DNA of 63,351 nucleotides, filler included, from Hyphochytrium catenoides (lineage: Eukaryota; Protista; Hyphochytriomycota): the NCBI GenBank assembly GCA_900088475.1. It is 8 parts of 8 records of this genome, joined end to end, with 100 filler letters (N's around TTAATTAATTAA, not from the genome) between each part and the next. Parts side by side here need not be neighbours in the genome. Positions count along the whole stretch, not along the records: positions 23,845 to 54,567 come from FLMG01004283.1; 7 more parts are not named here. One strand, written 5' to 3'. Under the pieces are notes generated by a model, which worked only from the letters and a program-made list of their open reading frames with translations, had not been told where the DNA came from and made no database searches. This document shows, piece by piece, positions 37,053 to 51,242 of the stretch. Both the position numbers and the translations under genes were made by a program. Each line of letters opens with the position of its first letter. Within the stretch, counting starts at the first letter, position 1.

Positions 37053-40000
37053 CTACTTGTTCGCCAGCAGAAGCTTCTCCATCAAATTGTTCAGGCGCGG
37101 AAGCATTGCACGACTGTCATCTAAGATACCTGCCGCGATCAGTGCGTTATCATAGATCTGACCGGCCACGAGCTCCGCCACCTCTGGGTTAGTCGTCCTA
37201 ATCTCATTAAGGTGTAACATGATGGGATGGCGAGGATTGATCTCAAGAACCTGCTGAGTGACCTCTGTGTCGCTGAGACCCTGATTCACTACCTGCATCA
37301 TCCTAGAAGAGCAACAGATGTCAGGCAAAAGGAACCGCTAATAAGACAAAGAAGCTAGAAGTGTCCGCAAGTAGGACGACTGTCAAGAGTCAGGCTCAGT
37401 CATGGTCATCAGAAAGTATGCCGAATATGGCAGCAGGTACAGGGTAGGTCCCTTCACATCAAAGAAAATATATCTAAGCATCTTCCGTAGGCTTACCTCC
37501 GAACAGCTGCGGACTGGTGATCAACAATGACAGCAGGTGTCTTTACAAGTCGCCGCGAGTCCTGTAAAAGAATGGTAGCCAATCAGACTTCTTCCAATCT
37601 CATAGATACATATGGCTTCCTTGTACCTTAATCTCCTTTACTCTCTCCTTCAGAGTTAGCTTCAGCCAGCCCTTGAACTCATCCAAGTCCTGCCCCTTGA
37701 GCACGTTAGTTTCCTCTTTAGCCTCCTTATCCGCTTCGGTCTCCTCAGGAGTTTCAATGGCGGAGCGCTCAATCGTCACAAGCTTGCGCTGATTATACTC
37801 TCCAATGTTTGTCAAAACAAAGTCATCCATAGCAGCGTAGGCGAAGATAACTTCAGTCCCGTTTTCCCTGAACGTGCGTTTTTGAGCGCAACGTTTTTAA
37901 GCCTTTAGATTGATTCACCCCAGAACTAATGTTTGAGAGTAAAGAGAATGCTGGAAGATGACTGAGACAGAAGAGCGAGAATGTGAAAGACTAGGGAAAG
38001 TGCGATTGCAAAGGCAATAAAACTCACTTGAACGCTTCGAAATAAGGCGAAGCTTCAGCCAGAGCCCTGTTAGGCGCAATGAGGAAGTAGATGTTGGCCT
38101 GAGAGGGCTTCATCCTAGCAATGTACTCATCTAGTGTGCAGCTCTCTCCGCTTTTTGTGGCACTTGTCTCATAGCGTAGAAGTTTGGCAAGATTGTCCTT
38201 GTGCTGGAAGTCGGTACAGATTCCCTCCTTGATGAAAACATCAAATTCTCGGTACCAGGCCTGATATTTCTCAGGTTCCTTTCTGCTCATTTCGTCTAAG
38301 AAGCGGACGATTCTTCGAGTCAAGACCTCCCGAAGCCGACGGAGTAACGCAGAGTCTTGCATCTTTTCCCTAGAAAGACTGAGGGGAAGATCCTCGCTGT
38401 CCACAACACCTGGTGCAATCGGCAAGCAGATGACCATTTAGTACCATGAAGTCTCCAGAAATTGCGCCATGAAAAATGTTATCGGAATCTGTAGTATGCC
38501 CGGAAATGGCATGCTTGCCCAACCAACGACGCGAAAAGGTATGGTCGAGCGAGAGGCGGCGATGCTGCAGATAGTATCCCAGAAGCCTGGTTGTCTTACC
38601 CCGAATAAATCTAAGCCAGTCTGGCAGAATGTCTTGAGAGTTCTTTTCAATGAGAACCTTCCTCGAGTAAAGCGAGACTCCTGGATCCAATCGGGCCATC
38701 CCAAACTTCTCCAGATGCTGAGAAGGAAAGAAGAAGAGCGCTTTCATCTCCAAGGGTGCATCGGTTGTATAATGCAGCCGGAAGGAAGGCTCGTCATAAC
38801 TACGGATCAAGCAAAGTATCAAGAGATCGAATCAATGAGAGGCCTACCATGCTGCAGATAAGAAGCTTGAAGGCATAACAAACTCGACACTTTGCCGCGG
38901 AGAGATGGTCACTACTGCTTGGTTAGCACCAGGAAGGAGAAGACCACATAAAGCAGCATGCTTTGTAGGTACTTACGCGTTGGCGATAAACCGATAGAAC
39001 TCGGTATACTGCTGGTCACTGAGGGAGCTCTTATCCATGGCCCAAATGGCCTGCACGGTGTTGACCTCATCATCGTCCAGGTAGATAGGGAAGGAAACGA
39101 AGTTGGAGTATTTCTGGATGATGCCTTTCACTCTATCGGTCATGCAGAACTCAGCAGCATTTTCCTTCAGCTTAATGACAATCTTTGACCCCCGTTTGAC
39201 ACCTTCTGCCTGGGCGATCTCATAGGATCCCGACCTAGAAATTGAAAGGTTAGCTCCTATAGGGACCTCACCTAGGTAATGTAAACATGGCGTCATAAGG
39301 GACCAGTTCTCTGCCATTCTTATTACCCAGTATTGGATAAACTTCCTTGCGATGCCCTTCGTAAACGATGACCTTCTTACTCACCCATCAGATGTCCAAC
39401 AGTAAGCAGGTTCCCCATGCTTGGCAGACTGCGAGAACACGCTGACACTCTCGGCAACCATGAATGCTGAGTAGAAGCCAACACCGAATTTACCAATGAT
39501 TCCAGATGCCACGTCAGCGGAGGAGGCCTAGAAAGGAAGAAGAGGGTCCGAAGTGGAAAGAAATATGCACTCAGTCATGCAATGCTAGAGGAGGGAAGTG
39601 CAGGATGTGAAGGATAGATGCGGCCGTCATCCATCCCTTTTCTAATGTCCTGATCACCCCACCTGACTCTCCTTAAGCTCTTGCAAAAAGGCTTTACTGC
39701 CGGACCGAGCAATGGTTCCTAAGTTAGACACTAGCTCGGCTTTGGTCATTCCGATGCCCGAGTCTTCAATGGTAAGAGTCCTGTTCTTCATATCAGTCTG
39801 AATACGAATCCAGAGGGGTTCCTCAGGGTCACTAATCTCTGTCCCCGTGGCCTGGAATTAGATGCTGAAGTGAGCATACTCAACGCATTCCGGCTACCGC
39901 CAAGTTATATAATCAAGCATTCTTGACCTGAAGGTGCCGAGCCTTCTCCAGCGCATCGGACGCGTTAGAGATCAGCTCACGAACGAAGACTTCTTTGTCA

Positions 40001-40396
40001 GTGTATAGAGAGTGGGTTACAATGTCTAAAAGCTGACGAGTCTCCGCCTGGAAGTCCAATTTCTCTTCTGCAGGGTAAGACGTGAGTAACAAGAATAGTC
40101 AGCGCATACTTGGTATGGTGCGTCCTAGGGAGAGGTTGGGAGTACATACTGGGAGCGCCTTCTAGGACCCTCTCCGAGGACTCGACTTCAGTCCTTTTCG
40201 ACTCCTCATTCTCACTGGAGAAAGATCTGAACTGAGTGAAGTTCTGAATAACTGTTCGGTTTCCAAGTGAAAGTTGGGTTGGTCTCCCTAACGCAGGAGC
40301 ACTAGGGACATTCCTCGAGGGAAGCCGGGCACTTACAGCCCTCACTGCTGCTGAACGCAGGCATAGAGCCCTTCTAGCTGACTGCTTTGCTAACAT
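37053..40396 (-). CDS. TRAP1: Mitochondrial HSP90 (TRAP1/HSP75), multi-exon
   Basis: Arg/Ser/Ala-rich presequence; [76 protein letters not shown]; no MEEVD or KDEL. Confidence 0.93.
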
Positions 40397-42284
40397 CCTG
40401 ATGGTGTTTCACACAGAACACTTGTTGGTCAATTGGTGCCTCATACAGCTCTTTCTCCGCGGCGAGTCCAGGAAATCACTGCTGTCGACTTCTGAAGCTC
40501 GCAGCGCCAGCCTGCGCGAGTCCGTGGGCCTCTGCTCTCATCATCTATCGTGATGATGAGCCGATCACGATGGATGAGAACCACAAAGGTTGAAGATCGG
40601 TGGTTTCTATGGAGGAGGACAGATTCTGGAGCTTTCTCCGTTCAGATCTCCTCCTCGAGTCCGAAAGCTTTCCCATGAAACCTTTCCGAGAGGGAATAGT
40701 TTCCATTTGTATTATGCATCATTGGGCAATTATTTTGTCTTTCCTGAAACTTGCAAGATGGTATTCAGATGGCCGTTATCCGACCCGAATCAGACTTTTG
40801 GTGGCAGTGACAACTGGAGTGACCTCACTTTATCATCACCACTTACTGCCGATTGTTCAGAGGCCCATGGTGTGCTGCTTGTTGGGTGTGAGGTCTGGTG
40901 TGATGATAGCCTGGCGGCGATGCCCGCTGCTTATGCGACGGCCATCACCTGAAGTGCTGCTGCACTTGCTTCCCCGTACGGCCAACTACTGCTAAAAGGA
41001 GGAAAATATGATTCTCCACACCTGAAGCCAAGGTGTAAAAGTGATGCGTTGTTGTCATTCTATTATTGTCTTGAGTTCTGTGCTAGACGCAGCGCGACAT
41101 GGATGACCTAAATGGTTCACCAGCCTTCTCATTTCTGCTTGTCTTTCTTGCAAGAGGGCGCAGTTCATTATTCACCGAGTTGACCAAACTCCATGGGACA
41201 GCAATTAAAGCAGAACTTATAATAGCAGGACCCCATCGACGAGCTAAACCGAAGAATGTGGTTCATTTAGGAATAGAAAAAGGATTGATAGTTCTCAAAC
41301 TCTGACATCCGCTCTAGTACCTCCCTCTCCGAGTGCTATAGTACCACGTAAGTAGTATCTCAATAACAAACGGAAGCCCTACGGCATTTACCCTTCTTCC
41401 AACTAGTTCTCAATAACAACGGAAACTCTACTGCTAGTGACGCGGTCTGGCCAAGCTTTCTTTCTTCGCCACTATGGTTGGTACCTCGTCTTCGACCCTT
41501 AACTGCCAACATCCGACCTCGAGGCCACCGCCCGCTAATCACTGAGCTCATCACTGGTTATGCCCGTACTACTACTTTGTCAATGTTCAAGCGAGGATCC
41601 TGCCGCTGCGGTGCTGCTGCTGCGTGTTGGGCACTTGAGGAGCGGCGATGCATCCCCTAAGAATGGGAAATTATTAGGGAAGAGACGTTTCAGTAAATTT
41701 GAGAAAGATATGTGGTCTAACGTATAGGTTGTGCCTTGTTGGAAACGTTTCACATCTTCATGTAATGAACCTTTCAGATTGAAGTGTTGGGAAAGACGGT
41801 TGAAGATCTCTTTCTGCCTTCGTTCTTGCCGTCGATCGAAAGGAAAGGTACGGCCGACTCGGCGTGCCGCTGCTGCCGTGTCAAGCGACCTAGAGATAAA
41901 AGGACGCACTTTGATGGGTGTGTCGCCCTGGCAGGACGACCTTCATCAGCTTATCGGGTCTGGTTAATGAGGTATCAGGCATATATGTTCCTACGCTGGT
42001 TGGTTTGACAGAGTAAAGAAGACGCTCAATAGAGATCTTTCAGCAAGATAAGGAAGTACAAGTCCAACTCTTTTGGACTCAAGCGAAGCTGCCGACACGG
42101 GCAGTGCAGTATAGTTATTCTGAAGAGAGCCGTACTTTCTGCCTGGATTGGGTTTGCTGGTAATGGATACCCGTTCCTATGCTGGAGCACGGCCAGTGGC
42201 AGCATTGATGTACCCTGTACCCAACATTCCTTTGGAGTCAGTAACTGTAAGAGAAGTCGAGCTATAAAGCAAGGAAGGAGAAGA

Positions 42285-45200
42285 ATGAAGGTCTGCGCAG
42301 AGCCCAATGGCTCAAGAAGGCGTCTCTTTGCTCTAGTCCTTGTCGTGGGGGCACTAGCCAGTGCCCTCATTTATTCGGCAGCTGGCACCGCGATCAAGCC
42401 CCGACAGGACAGTCGACTGACTTCCCCGGATAAGGACATATTTGCAGTTGTCAGTCGGCCACTTTTGGAGGTCGTTCGGCCCCTGAATGGGGAGGTGCTG
42501 GAGAGTGATAAATTGGCAATAGTCCTGAATGTCGAGGGCTATACTCTGCCTTCCCTCATGAGAGACAGCAAGATCTGCCTGAGTCTGGCCTGTCGGGGAA
42601 AGGTCTTAGTGGAACAATGCTTTGAACAAACTCACTCGCTAGACTATAGGGCGAGCGGACTGGCAGCTGGACAGAACTATCAACTTAGAGCGTACGTCTT
42701 ACATCGCAATGAAGTTATCGCTGTCTCTATCCGCAGCTTTAGAGTGGCAGGAATCAAACTGGAAGAAGAGCCCCAGAGCCTAGTCACTTTAGAGACCGCC
42801 CTGCAAGTTGCTCTCTCTCTTCATGAGGCTGGGAACCATCAGGCTGCTGAACTGATTTACCGAAAAATCCTCGCGGAAAGACCCATGCAACCGGACGCCT
42901 TGCATTTGTTAGGTAGGCATCCGGGGCGTGTCCTCTTCCTGTCAGGGGTTAGGCGGTGCTCTGCAACAACAATGTTGTGGGGTCTATGACGCTGTGCCAA
43001 GTATCATCGCTAATTGTAGTGGACCGTTTATTCTCTTTCTCCCACTGACTTGCCCTGTCTTACCCATAGGCGCCGTCCGTCACTCTTTTTGAGAAAGTGG
43101 AGCATTTTTTGCCACACTATTTATGCCTCTCTCCTACAAGGACTAAGCTCGTCACTTCTCTCATCTCCCTAGGTGTGGCCCTCTATCAGATGGGTGATCC
43201 ATTCGCTGCTATTGATTACATCGAGAGGGCAATAGAGTCCAAGGCATCCTTTGATAACTTCCATAACAGTCTGGGCGAATGCCTTCGAGCTGTAGGGCGC
43301 ATCTCGGAGGCCATAGAACAGTACAAGAAGGCTTTGTCGATCTCCCCCACGTTCATCGAGGCCAAGATGAATCTGGCTCGGGCCTATCAGACTGCAAAAG
43401 ATTGGGAAAACGCCATAACTCTGTATAAGGAAATAGCTGATCAGGAAGAGTTGTCTCCGGGGGACAGTACATCTGTTCTCCCGATGGGACAAGAAAAGCC
43501 CTTGACCGACGTTTCATCATTGGACCCCACTGATGTTGAAGAGTATAACCAGAAGCCCCCTGAGGAAAGAGCCATCGCTGAACAACCTCCAGCAATCGTA
43601 GCGAAGAAGCTGAAGTTCCAAAGAGAAGCTCGAATGAGGCAGTGTGACCTCCTCCTGGGCTTGGGTCGCATTCCAATGGCACAAGAGTGCTATCACAAAG
43701 GGCAGGAGCAATGGCCAGAGGACAGCCACTTTTATAGCGAGTTGGGCAATATCCACCTAGAGGTAACCCTTACCAATCCAACAGCGTTGGGCTCTCTAGC
43801 TCTATGGTCGTTAGTCCTAATTGTCTCCAACCATCTGATAGTGGTGATGAAGATCAGACGACGTTCTGACCTCTACTATGCCTTTCTAATTTTGACACAC
43901 GTGTGCCGTCTCACTTGCCCCCTTGAAGGCGGATGATCATCCAGCCGCACTAAAGTACTTTCAGGGGGCGGCTCTTAGGGGTAACGAACACGCTGAGGTT
44001 AGTGGAAAGTCTACGTTCCTTTTCGTCTGGGGGGTGGCACCTTGTTCTTGTTGTCTCTGCTCACCGGGCATAACGAATACCATTCATTCCCTCACTCTCC
44101 GCTGTATCCACGCTTTTGATCATGGTTTGAAAGATCAACGTGGCAGTGACCCAGGAGCTGCTTGGCTACCACTCTGAAAGTCGGATGGTTCTTGACAAGG
44201 TAATACTATCTTTGAGAAGTAATGGACCGTGGCTCCTTTAGATCTCGCTTTCCATTCAGCAGGATTGCCCTGCTGCTCCAAGCTTGCTCTGGAGCTCTTA
44301 GCGACTTCCATGTAATGCAATGCAGGTTCTAGCAAGGCTGGGCGATAGGAGCCTTCCGTCCGCTCATCTTCGCATCAAACGGGCTACCATCCTCCCTCGG
44401 GTGCTGCCGCCCTCCGAGAATCTCAAGGTTATGAGAGCAGAGATGTCAGAGAAACTAGACCGCTTATTGTTAGAATGTAAGACTCTCTCTTCGAACTTCT
44501 GTTCGGTATTTAGGTCCCCTCACATCACTAGTCGTACCGCTGACTTGTCACCCCTTGACCTGACAGGGCCTCGTCCTTAATCGCTTTCTTTCCCTCGTTA
44601 GTTTTCTCTTGCTGTTTGACCTGACCTATACTATCGTTTTTACCCCGGATATCGACCGTACGCTAGAGCCGCCTATTCTTGCGCTGACCTCTTATAACCC
44701 AGTTGTCGCTAGAAAATGACTAACTTCCCCTGGTTTCTGTGTCTTGTCGTTTGATATCCTTGCAGCTCCGAACTCTCCTGACCTCATCGAGCCTCTTCGC
44801 AGTGCTTTCTCCAATGGATTCTATCTTTCCTTCCATAACGGCAGCAACAGGAATTTAAGGACCAAGCTTGCGCGCGTGTATTCTACTTATATTCCAGCCC
44901 TTCTCTCAGGAGACTTCGTCGGGCCTAAAGCAAGCGACTCCATGGTATATTCATCTAGACATCACCCCGCCTTCCCTTCTGGACCCGTATATCTGATGAC
45001 TTTTTTTGACGATCACTACGACCCGTTCTTCCTGACTGTCGTAGCCTGCACTTTCACAAAGCCCAGGTAGAGTGAAACTGGGCATTGTCTGCCGTCGCTT
45101 TTTTAGCTATCTCTGCCAAGAGGTGGTGCATATCATGAAAGAGCTAAATAGGCGAAAATTCGAGGTGATTGCCTTTATCCTCCCTCACAGAAGTAGGGAG

Positions 45201-47781
45201 GATGCGGTTCGGAAGCTAAAGGACGATGTGGAAAAGGTGTGTCTTGCTTGATTCTCCTGCCACACACCGTTTGAACGTTTGCGACAATTTCTCAAGCTTA
45301 TGCCTGCATATCTGCTACGTTTGCCTACGTTTGCCGTATCAGGTTTTGCGGCTCCCCGAAAGACTGCAGGACTGCCATCATCTCTTGAAGGCTGAGTTAT
45401 TGGATATTCTCATCTTCTCAGAGGTAAAAAAGATTTTACTGTCCATCTTGATCTGCGGAGTGCCAGCCTTTTTTATGATTCTGTCATGGGGACTAACTGC
45501 AACGCGCTAAATCAACGAGCAACCTCGTGTCTCTCTCTTGCGGAAACCTTGTTATGTTAACGACGTCGGAATTGCTCCTTTTCTAAACTGAGTCCTACCT
45601 TCTTTCCTCTTGCCCGGTGTTACCGTCCGAAACACTAGGTTCATGTCGGCGTCCAAGAGTATTTCCTCAGCTTTGGGCGTTTTGCTCCTGCCCAGGGCAC
45701 ATTCTGGTTCCACCCAGATACCACAGGCTCACCCTCTATGGACTTCTTTTTGTCCTCCGAATATGAGCACAGAGGCGCCCAAGCTGAGTATTCAGAGACA
45801 CTAGTCAGACTGAGGTATTGAGGTTTCAGTGGTCTTTCTCTGCCTACCAGCATTGGACACTTGATAACTTGACGTTTAGTCTTCTTTCTCTCTGCCACTG
45901 CATGTACTCTATATCTTAGATTCTTCACTCCACATATCACTGGGTTCATTTCTCTTGGCTTAGCATTGGACTCTGGCATACTAGTGGACTACAAATATTC
46001 TGTGTTGCCATACACGTGACGTCAGGCTGTCGTGCTCTATCTGCCTGTCTTTCTGTTTTAGGGGACTTGGCGCCTACCTCAAGCCACCACCGTTGCCTCG
46101 CAATCGAAAGCCGGTAAAGAGCTGACCTGCAGTAGCTCCACCGTGTCTTTCATGCTGATCTTCCTCCTGTTCTGGCTCTGATTTATTTAGCGAGAAGCCA
46201 TCAAGGAAACTGTTGGCCTCTCCTTTCAAGTCCCAAGCTCTTACCGCCTTTATGTGGTACCACAGGTCAAGTCAGACCTCTGCTAGTTTCTCAGCCTTTT
46301 TACTGCCGACTTTTGACAGCTGATATCCCTTGGCACTTTGGCGCGTAAATAGTTCCTTTACCCAGCATAACAGCCTTTAGTGTCCTCCTTATACGCACCG
46401 GATCCTGCTTCTGATATCTCTTACACTGGGGGAACCCTTAGTTTTGATGAGGGCTCAAATTCTTCCTCATCTTGCCTTAATGTTGCTGCTTTGGTGACTT
46501 CCTGGGGCATCAATTACAGAGTCAGACTGTCCTTCCTGAAGCTCAGGACAGTGTTCTCCGACAAATATTGTCAAAGGATCTGCTAGCATTGGTCGTGGTC
46601 CTCATAGATAGTACCAGAACAAGTTGGACGGAGCTCCTGCAACAGAGATTCCAGAAGACGATTGGCCACCCGCTTGTCAAGGTGGGCAAAGAGCATAGTC
46701 GCACCAACAGGCTATAAAAGAGATCCAGAACCTCATCAAACGCTCTGACATTGGCACCTCCCAATCTTGAACAACCTTCATTTTTCTGCACTAGCGGTAT
46801 CGCATGTGTACCTGCCTATCCCCTCTTTGGCATTGTACATGTCTAGCTCCTAGAAGTGGTTGATGAATGGTACTAGTGTTGATCATTATTGGTTAGCTCC
46901 GCCTAAGTCTAATCTTCGACTCGGGCATTAACCTAGAAGTAACGCGGATTCGCGTTTGGTTTGCTTTCGTCTCGTGCAGAGGATACACTTATTAGACACG
47001 AGAGCTACTGACTTCTCGGAGTTAGACCTCTTTCAAGCAGCCGATGTAGTTCTGGATGGCTTGGTTTTCAACGTCTTCCCCACGAGCTACGAGGTACTTC
47101 TCTATCCTCCTGCATAAGTTCATCTGATAGCCATCTCTGCTGTAGGTTCATTAGAGCTTTCTGTGAAAGAGTGTCTCTGGTGTTAGCATGTAGCTTTGAG
47201 GAAGAGGACTTCATTCGTTCACCTAGCCTGAGTCCTCTAACTATTTGCTTCACTCCCCTTTCTCAATTTAAGTACGCGGCTCTTCTTCTCGTGTACAGCT
47301 TCTGTCTGAGCTCTTCACCTAAGTCACCGTCTATCTATCAGGTCTTGTACCTAGGAACTCCCATTGTGACTATGGAAGGCCACTTCTGGCGCTCTCGGAT
47401 CACGGCCTCAATGTACAGGCAGATGGGACTATGTAATTCTGATAAAGATGGTGAGCTACAGCTTATTAACCCGTGCTTGTTCTTCAATGGACATCTCTCG
47501 TCTTCACCTTCAATATCTCCTCTGCGCCTAACCTAAATTGTCTAGGCGCTCTAAGAGGACAAGGCGCTTGCTGTATTGTTAAATCTGAAAGAGAGTACGT
47601 GCAGCTTGCTCTTATGCTTGCTCACAATGAGAGGAGAAGAGCGGCTGTAGTCTCACTCATCAAAAGTAACGTGGGCAAGCTATTCCTGGACCGCCGTGTC
47701 ATCAGTTCCGTAGAGCGCTTCTTTCTTAGCATTCAGCGCCTCAAGATGTTTGGAAGCGTGAAAGGAAAAGGTGAGGCATGA
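42285..47781 (+). CDS. Signal-anchored TPR protein with C-terminal GT41 (OGT/SPINDLY-like) glycosyltransferase domain, multi-exon
   Basis: N-terminal LFALVLVVGALASALIY; TPRs (DALHLLGVALYQMG, FHNSLGECLRAVGRISEAIEQYKKAL). C-terminal ADVVLD..., LYLGTPIVTMEGHFWRSRITASMYRQMG and EREYVQLALMLA are typical of GT41 C-lobes. Internal exon boundaries are partly uncertain. Confidence 0.75.
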
Positions 47782-48469
47782 AGGGCCGAGTTTCGCAAAC
47801 CCTCTTCTGGACGGTCATAGTGCTGAGGCTAAAAAAGGACGGTGACAGTGCGAGGATGAGCATGATGAAGCCAGAAGAATTGATTCCGTAAGAGGGCTAA
47901 CAGTAACCAATATCTAGGTACCTCTGAGAGCGCGCAAGATGAACACAATTTGCAACATGGCAGGAATGTAGGCAAAGCATCGACAGAAACGGGCAATGAC
48001 GAGGAAAACAAACGGTTTCTCAGTGACGTCGTGGAGATCGACATGGACTTCCGCCGCGGAAGTGAGCAGCGGATGGCAGAGGTCTCATAAGGTCTATGTA
48101 GGAAGTGGGTGAGGAAGTCAAAGGATATGGCTAGAGCGCTTACCCTCAGAAAGCACATGTAAGCTCACTTTATGCTAGGGAAGAAGTCTCTTCCTAGACC
48201 ATAGCAAGTAGTTATGATTAAACGCAGATGAGTGTAAAATCTGCATACAGAAACCGAAAACGAAGGTCGACTTATGCTATCAGAAACAGCGCTGACGAGA
48301 AAGAATATGGCCCCATGCCCACTTAAATGAGCCTGATGTCACTACCCCCATCTTTCTGGACCCTTCGTCCTCCTCCTTATTTCAATAGCTGTGGCCTTTA
48401 TCTTCAGTTACTCCTCTATAATCATTGGAGGGCCTTAATCTAATGCCCATCACGCAGTTTGTGGTTCTC

Positions 48470-50418
48470 TTACGTATCAGCTGGCCCTCTCACATCGACA
48501 GTGCTTGACACTTCTGCACGGCATAGAAGGTATTCGCATAAGTTAGAGAAGGTGCATGGCATAGCGGAAAGAGGGTCACACCTGGGGATTGGTCAGCAAA
48601 CAGCGGTTTATCTTCGGAGGCCGCATGGCCACCTTCTTCACCACTGCTAATCTCTTGGCTGCAGAAATAGCATTCTAGGTAAATCCGGACATTTCCTTCT
48701 GAATGACTTGCTCCCTCATCTCTTGCGCCCCACAAGGCCTCTCTTCTCCTCCCTTACTTCGTCCATGACACTGCTGTGGTACAGCAATCACTCTCCCATG
48801 ATCATCCCGTTAAGATGACGTTGTGTTTGCTTCTACCATGAGCCCCACGCTCAAGCTAACGGGTCTAGCAATCAAGCACAACCTATCGACTAGTCTATCA
48901 TGACTGCTGCGGACGTTAATCCGCCCTTATACTTTTACCTCAGTAAGCCAAAATAAGCCAGCAGATCGATGACCTTCAGCTCCTTGACTTTCATTTGACT
49001 GAACGTCTTTTGAATCCAAATGTTGAATGAGGGCAGACCCACATTACCGCCGACGTCTCTATCAGCGGAGAGGAATACCTGATCTGTTGGAAAGAGAGCA
49101 AGCAAAACGTTCAGAAGAAGTCCGCAAAACTGACCACCACTGAGTATGTGGACAGCGCATGTAAGATAAGAATAGGAGCCTAGAGTGTAGCCTCTGTTTT
49201 CCCTTTCTACCTGCCACGTTTTCCATTTCTGAGTCCTCTGGGTAGCGGATCCCATTATTCGGTCTTACGACCTACATTGGCGGCGTTACAAGCAAAGTTA
49301 TACAGATTGAAGACAGGCTGGCTATGCTTTGAAGCAGCGAGACTGACTTGGAGAAGGAGGAGGGGTTCCTCAACAGAGAGCCGTTCTTGGAAGCAAATGA
49401 GTTGCTTAAAGGAATCTACTTGCAAAAGAAACGGCGAGAGATAGGAAGAAGCTATCAGGCTTAAGCCAGAGGATGGGGAAGGCGGAGACAGGAGAAACGA
49501 CAAGTAGGTATCTGGTGAAGGGGTTGGTCATCTTATCTCACCTTGACCAAGCCCGAGAGAGTGCAGATGAAAAGCACAACCAACTCGTCGTAGGTGAGCT
49601 CTCCTTGAGCCTGAAGGTCGAAGATATGGAAGATCAGGGTTGCTTTATCGCTGACTGATCCAGAGGAGATGGCAGCCAGAGTGGCTAACATTTCCAAGGC
49701 ATTCACTCTGTGAAATAGGTGGGAATATGAGATGGTAAGGCATTGCAAATGCTACCGAGGCACACTACGAGCAGAGCCATACCACAAAGTGGAAGCCACT
49801 GCAGCGAGGAAAGCCGTACCAAAGAGATAAAGGAAGAAAGAGAAGGAGTAATAGGGGAACACTGATGAATGAAAACCGGGTCCGTCTCGGAAGACGGATG
49901 TGCACAGAGCTTAAGCCGGAGATGCGTGGGAGCCACCGGCCTTTACGTTTGATGAGAATATGTAGACTAGGTGTGGACGTACAGGCCTGCCGTCTCAGGA
50001 TCAAAGACCTCGAAGAGCTTCTTGGCAGTCACTTGCTTTTTCCACGAGGCTTCCACCAAAAGCTGGTGAATTGCCTCCTCTGTCAAGCCGAAGTCGTAGT
50101 AGCCATCCCTATAGCAATTGTGCAGCCTGCTAACGTCCTCCAAAGTGATAGTGAAAGCTGAGAGAGCAGTAAATTGGGGAGGAGAGGCGGAAGAATGTCA
50201 GGTGAGTCTCTCTTGAGATGCCGTCAATGAAGCGGAGGTGAATTCACTTCAGCTCCCCTAGCTCTGCTGAGAAATGCAAGTAGCAACGAGGTACCTTCTT
50301 GCTCTTTTGGAGCCTCCTTCAGGGCTTCTTTCGAGGACTCTTTCGCTGGCTCTTCCCCTGTTGACCGCACAGGAGGGATCTCCAGGCACCTATTTAGCAC
50401 ACTGGGACCATTACCCAT
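48470..50418 (-). CDS. N-myristoylated EF-hand protein (calcineurin B/NCS-like), multi-exon; 3' end uncertain
   Basis: MGNGPS start; KKLFEVFDPETAG/VNALEMLATLA, KATLIFHIFDLQAQGELTYDEL, VFLSADRDVGGNVGLPSF. Confidence 0.7.
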
Positions 50419-51185
50419 GGTAATAAGATCTAGTTAGTAGACAGGAATCCTCCTCTTTCCTTCTCCACCGAGACAGCACTATGAAGAAGATTGACTATTG
50501 AAGATCAGAACCGGAGCCCAGGGAGGAATTGCCCCTAGGTCAAGGGACTGAGGTGGCTCTTAGCGACAAGGCACTGTTGGACGGAATGGTTTGATAATGT
50601 TAGGCGATAAGTAAGGGTTAATGACTGGAGAACTTGGTAGTCTTCAGAGAATGACGGTGATCCGCTCCGATCTTCATCTTCATCAAAAGCTTCAACTCCT
50701 CGATCTCATCATCGGCAGACACGGCCTTTCGCTCAGAATCAGATCACGAGAGAATTCTCCAATTGATAACTGTATGAGTTCTCATGCAGTTGTCTATTCC
50801 AAATAGGCGCTGGACATATTGATTTTATTGAGAACATCTCGCCTGGTAGGTGGTCCAGATCAGGGTTACCATCCCACACAGAAGGGGACAGAGGAAGCAG
50901 AAGTGAGCGTGGGGGCAGATAGGGACACTCTGTCTCGTACCTCGTTTGTCTTCCTGTCTCCTCCTCCTCTTTCTGTTTAGGATAGTGCCTCTGTCTCTCA
51001 TCACTACTCTCTTTTGGGTTTTCTGTCATTATTCGGCCCTTTCTCTTGAGGGCTGTCACTCCTTTTTTATCACTCTTTCTCGCGCTTCGGGTGGGTCCTC
51101 TCCGTCTCTCATTCACTTGCTGCCTAGTTGCTTAGCGCTGCCCCTACGTCTCTGTCTCTCTCTATCTCTCCCTCACTCTCTCTCT

Positions 51186-51242
<57 letters not shown>

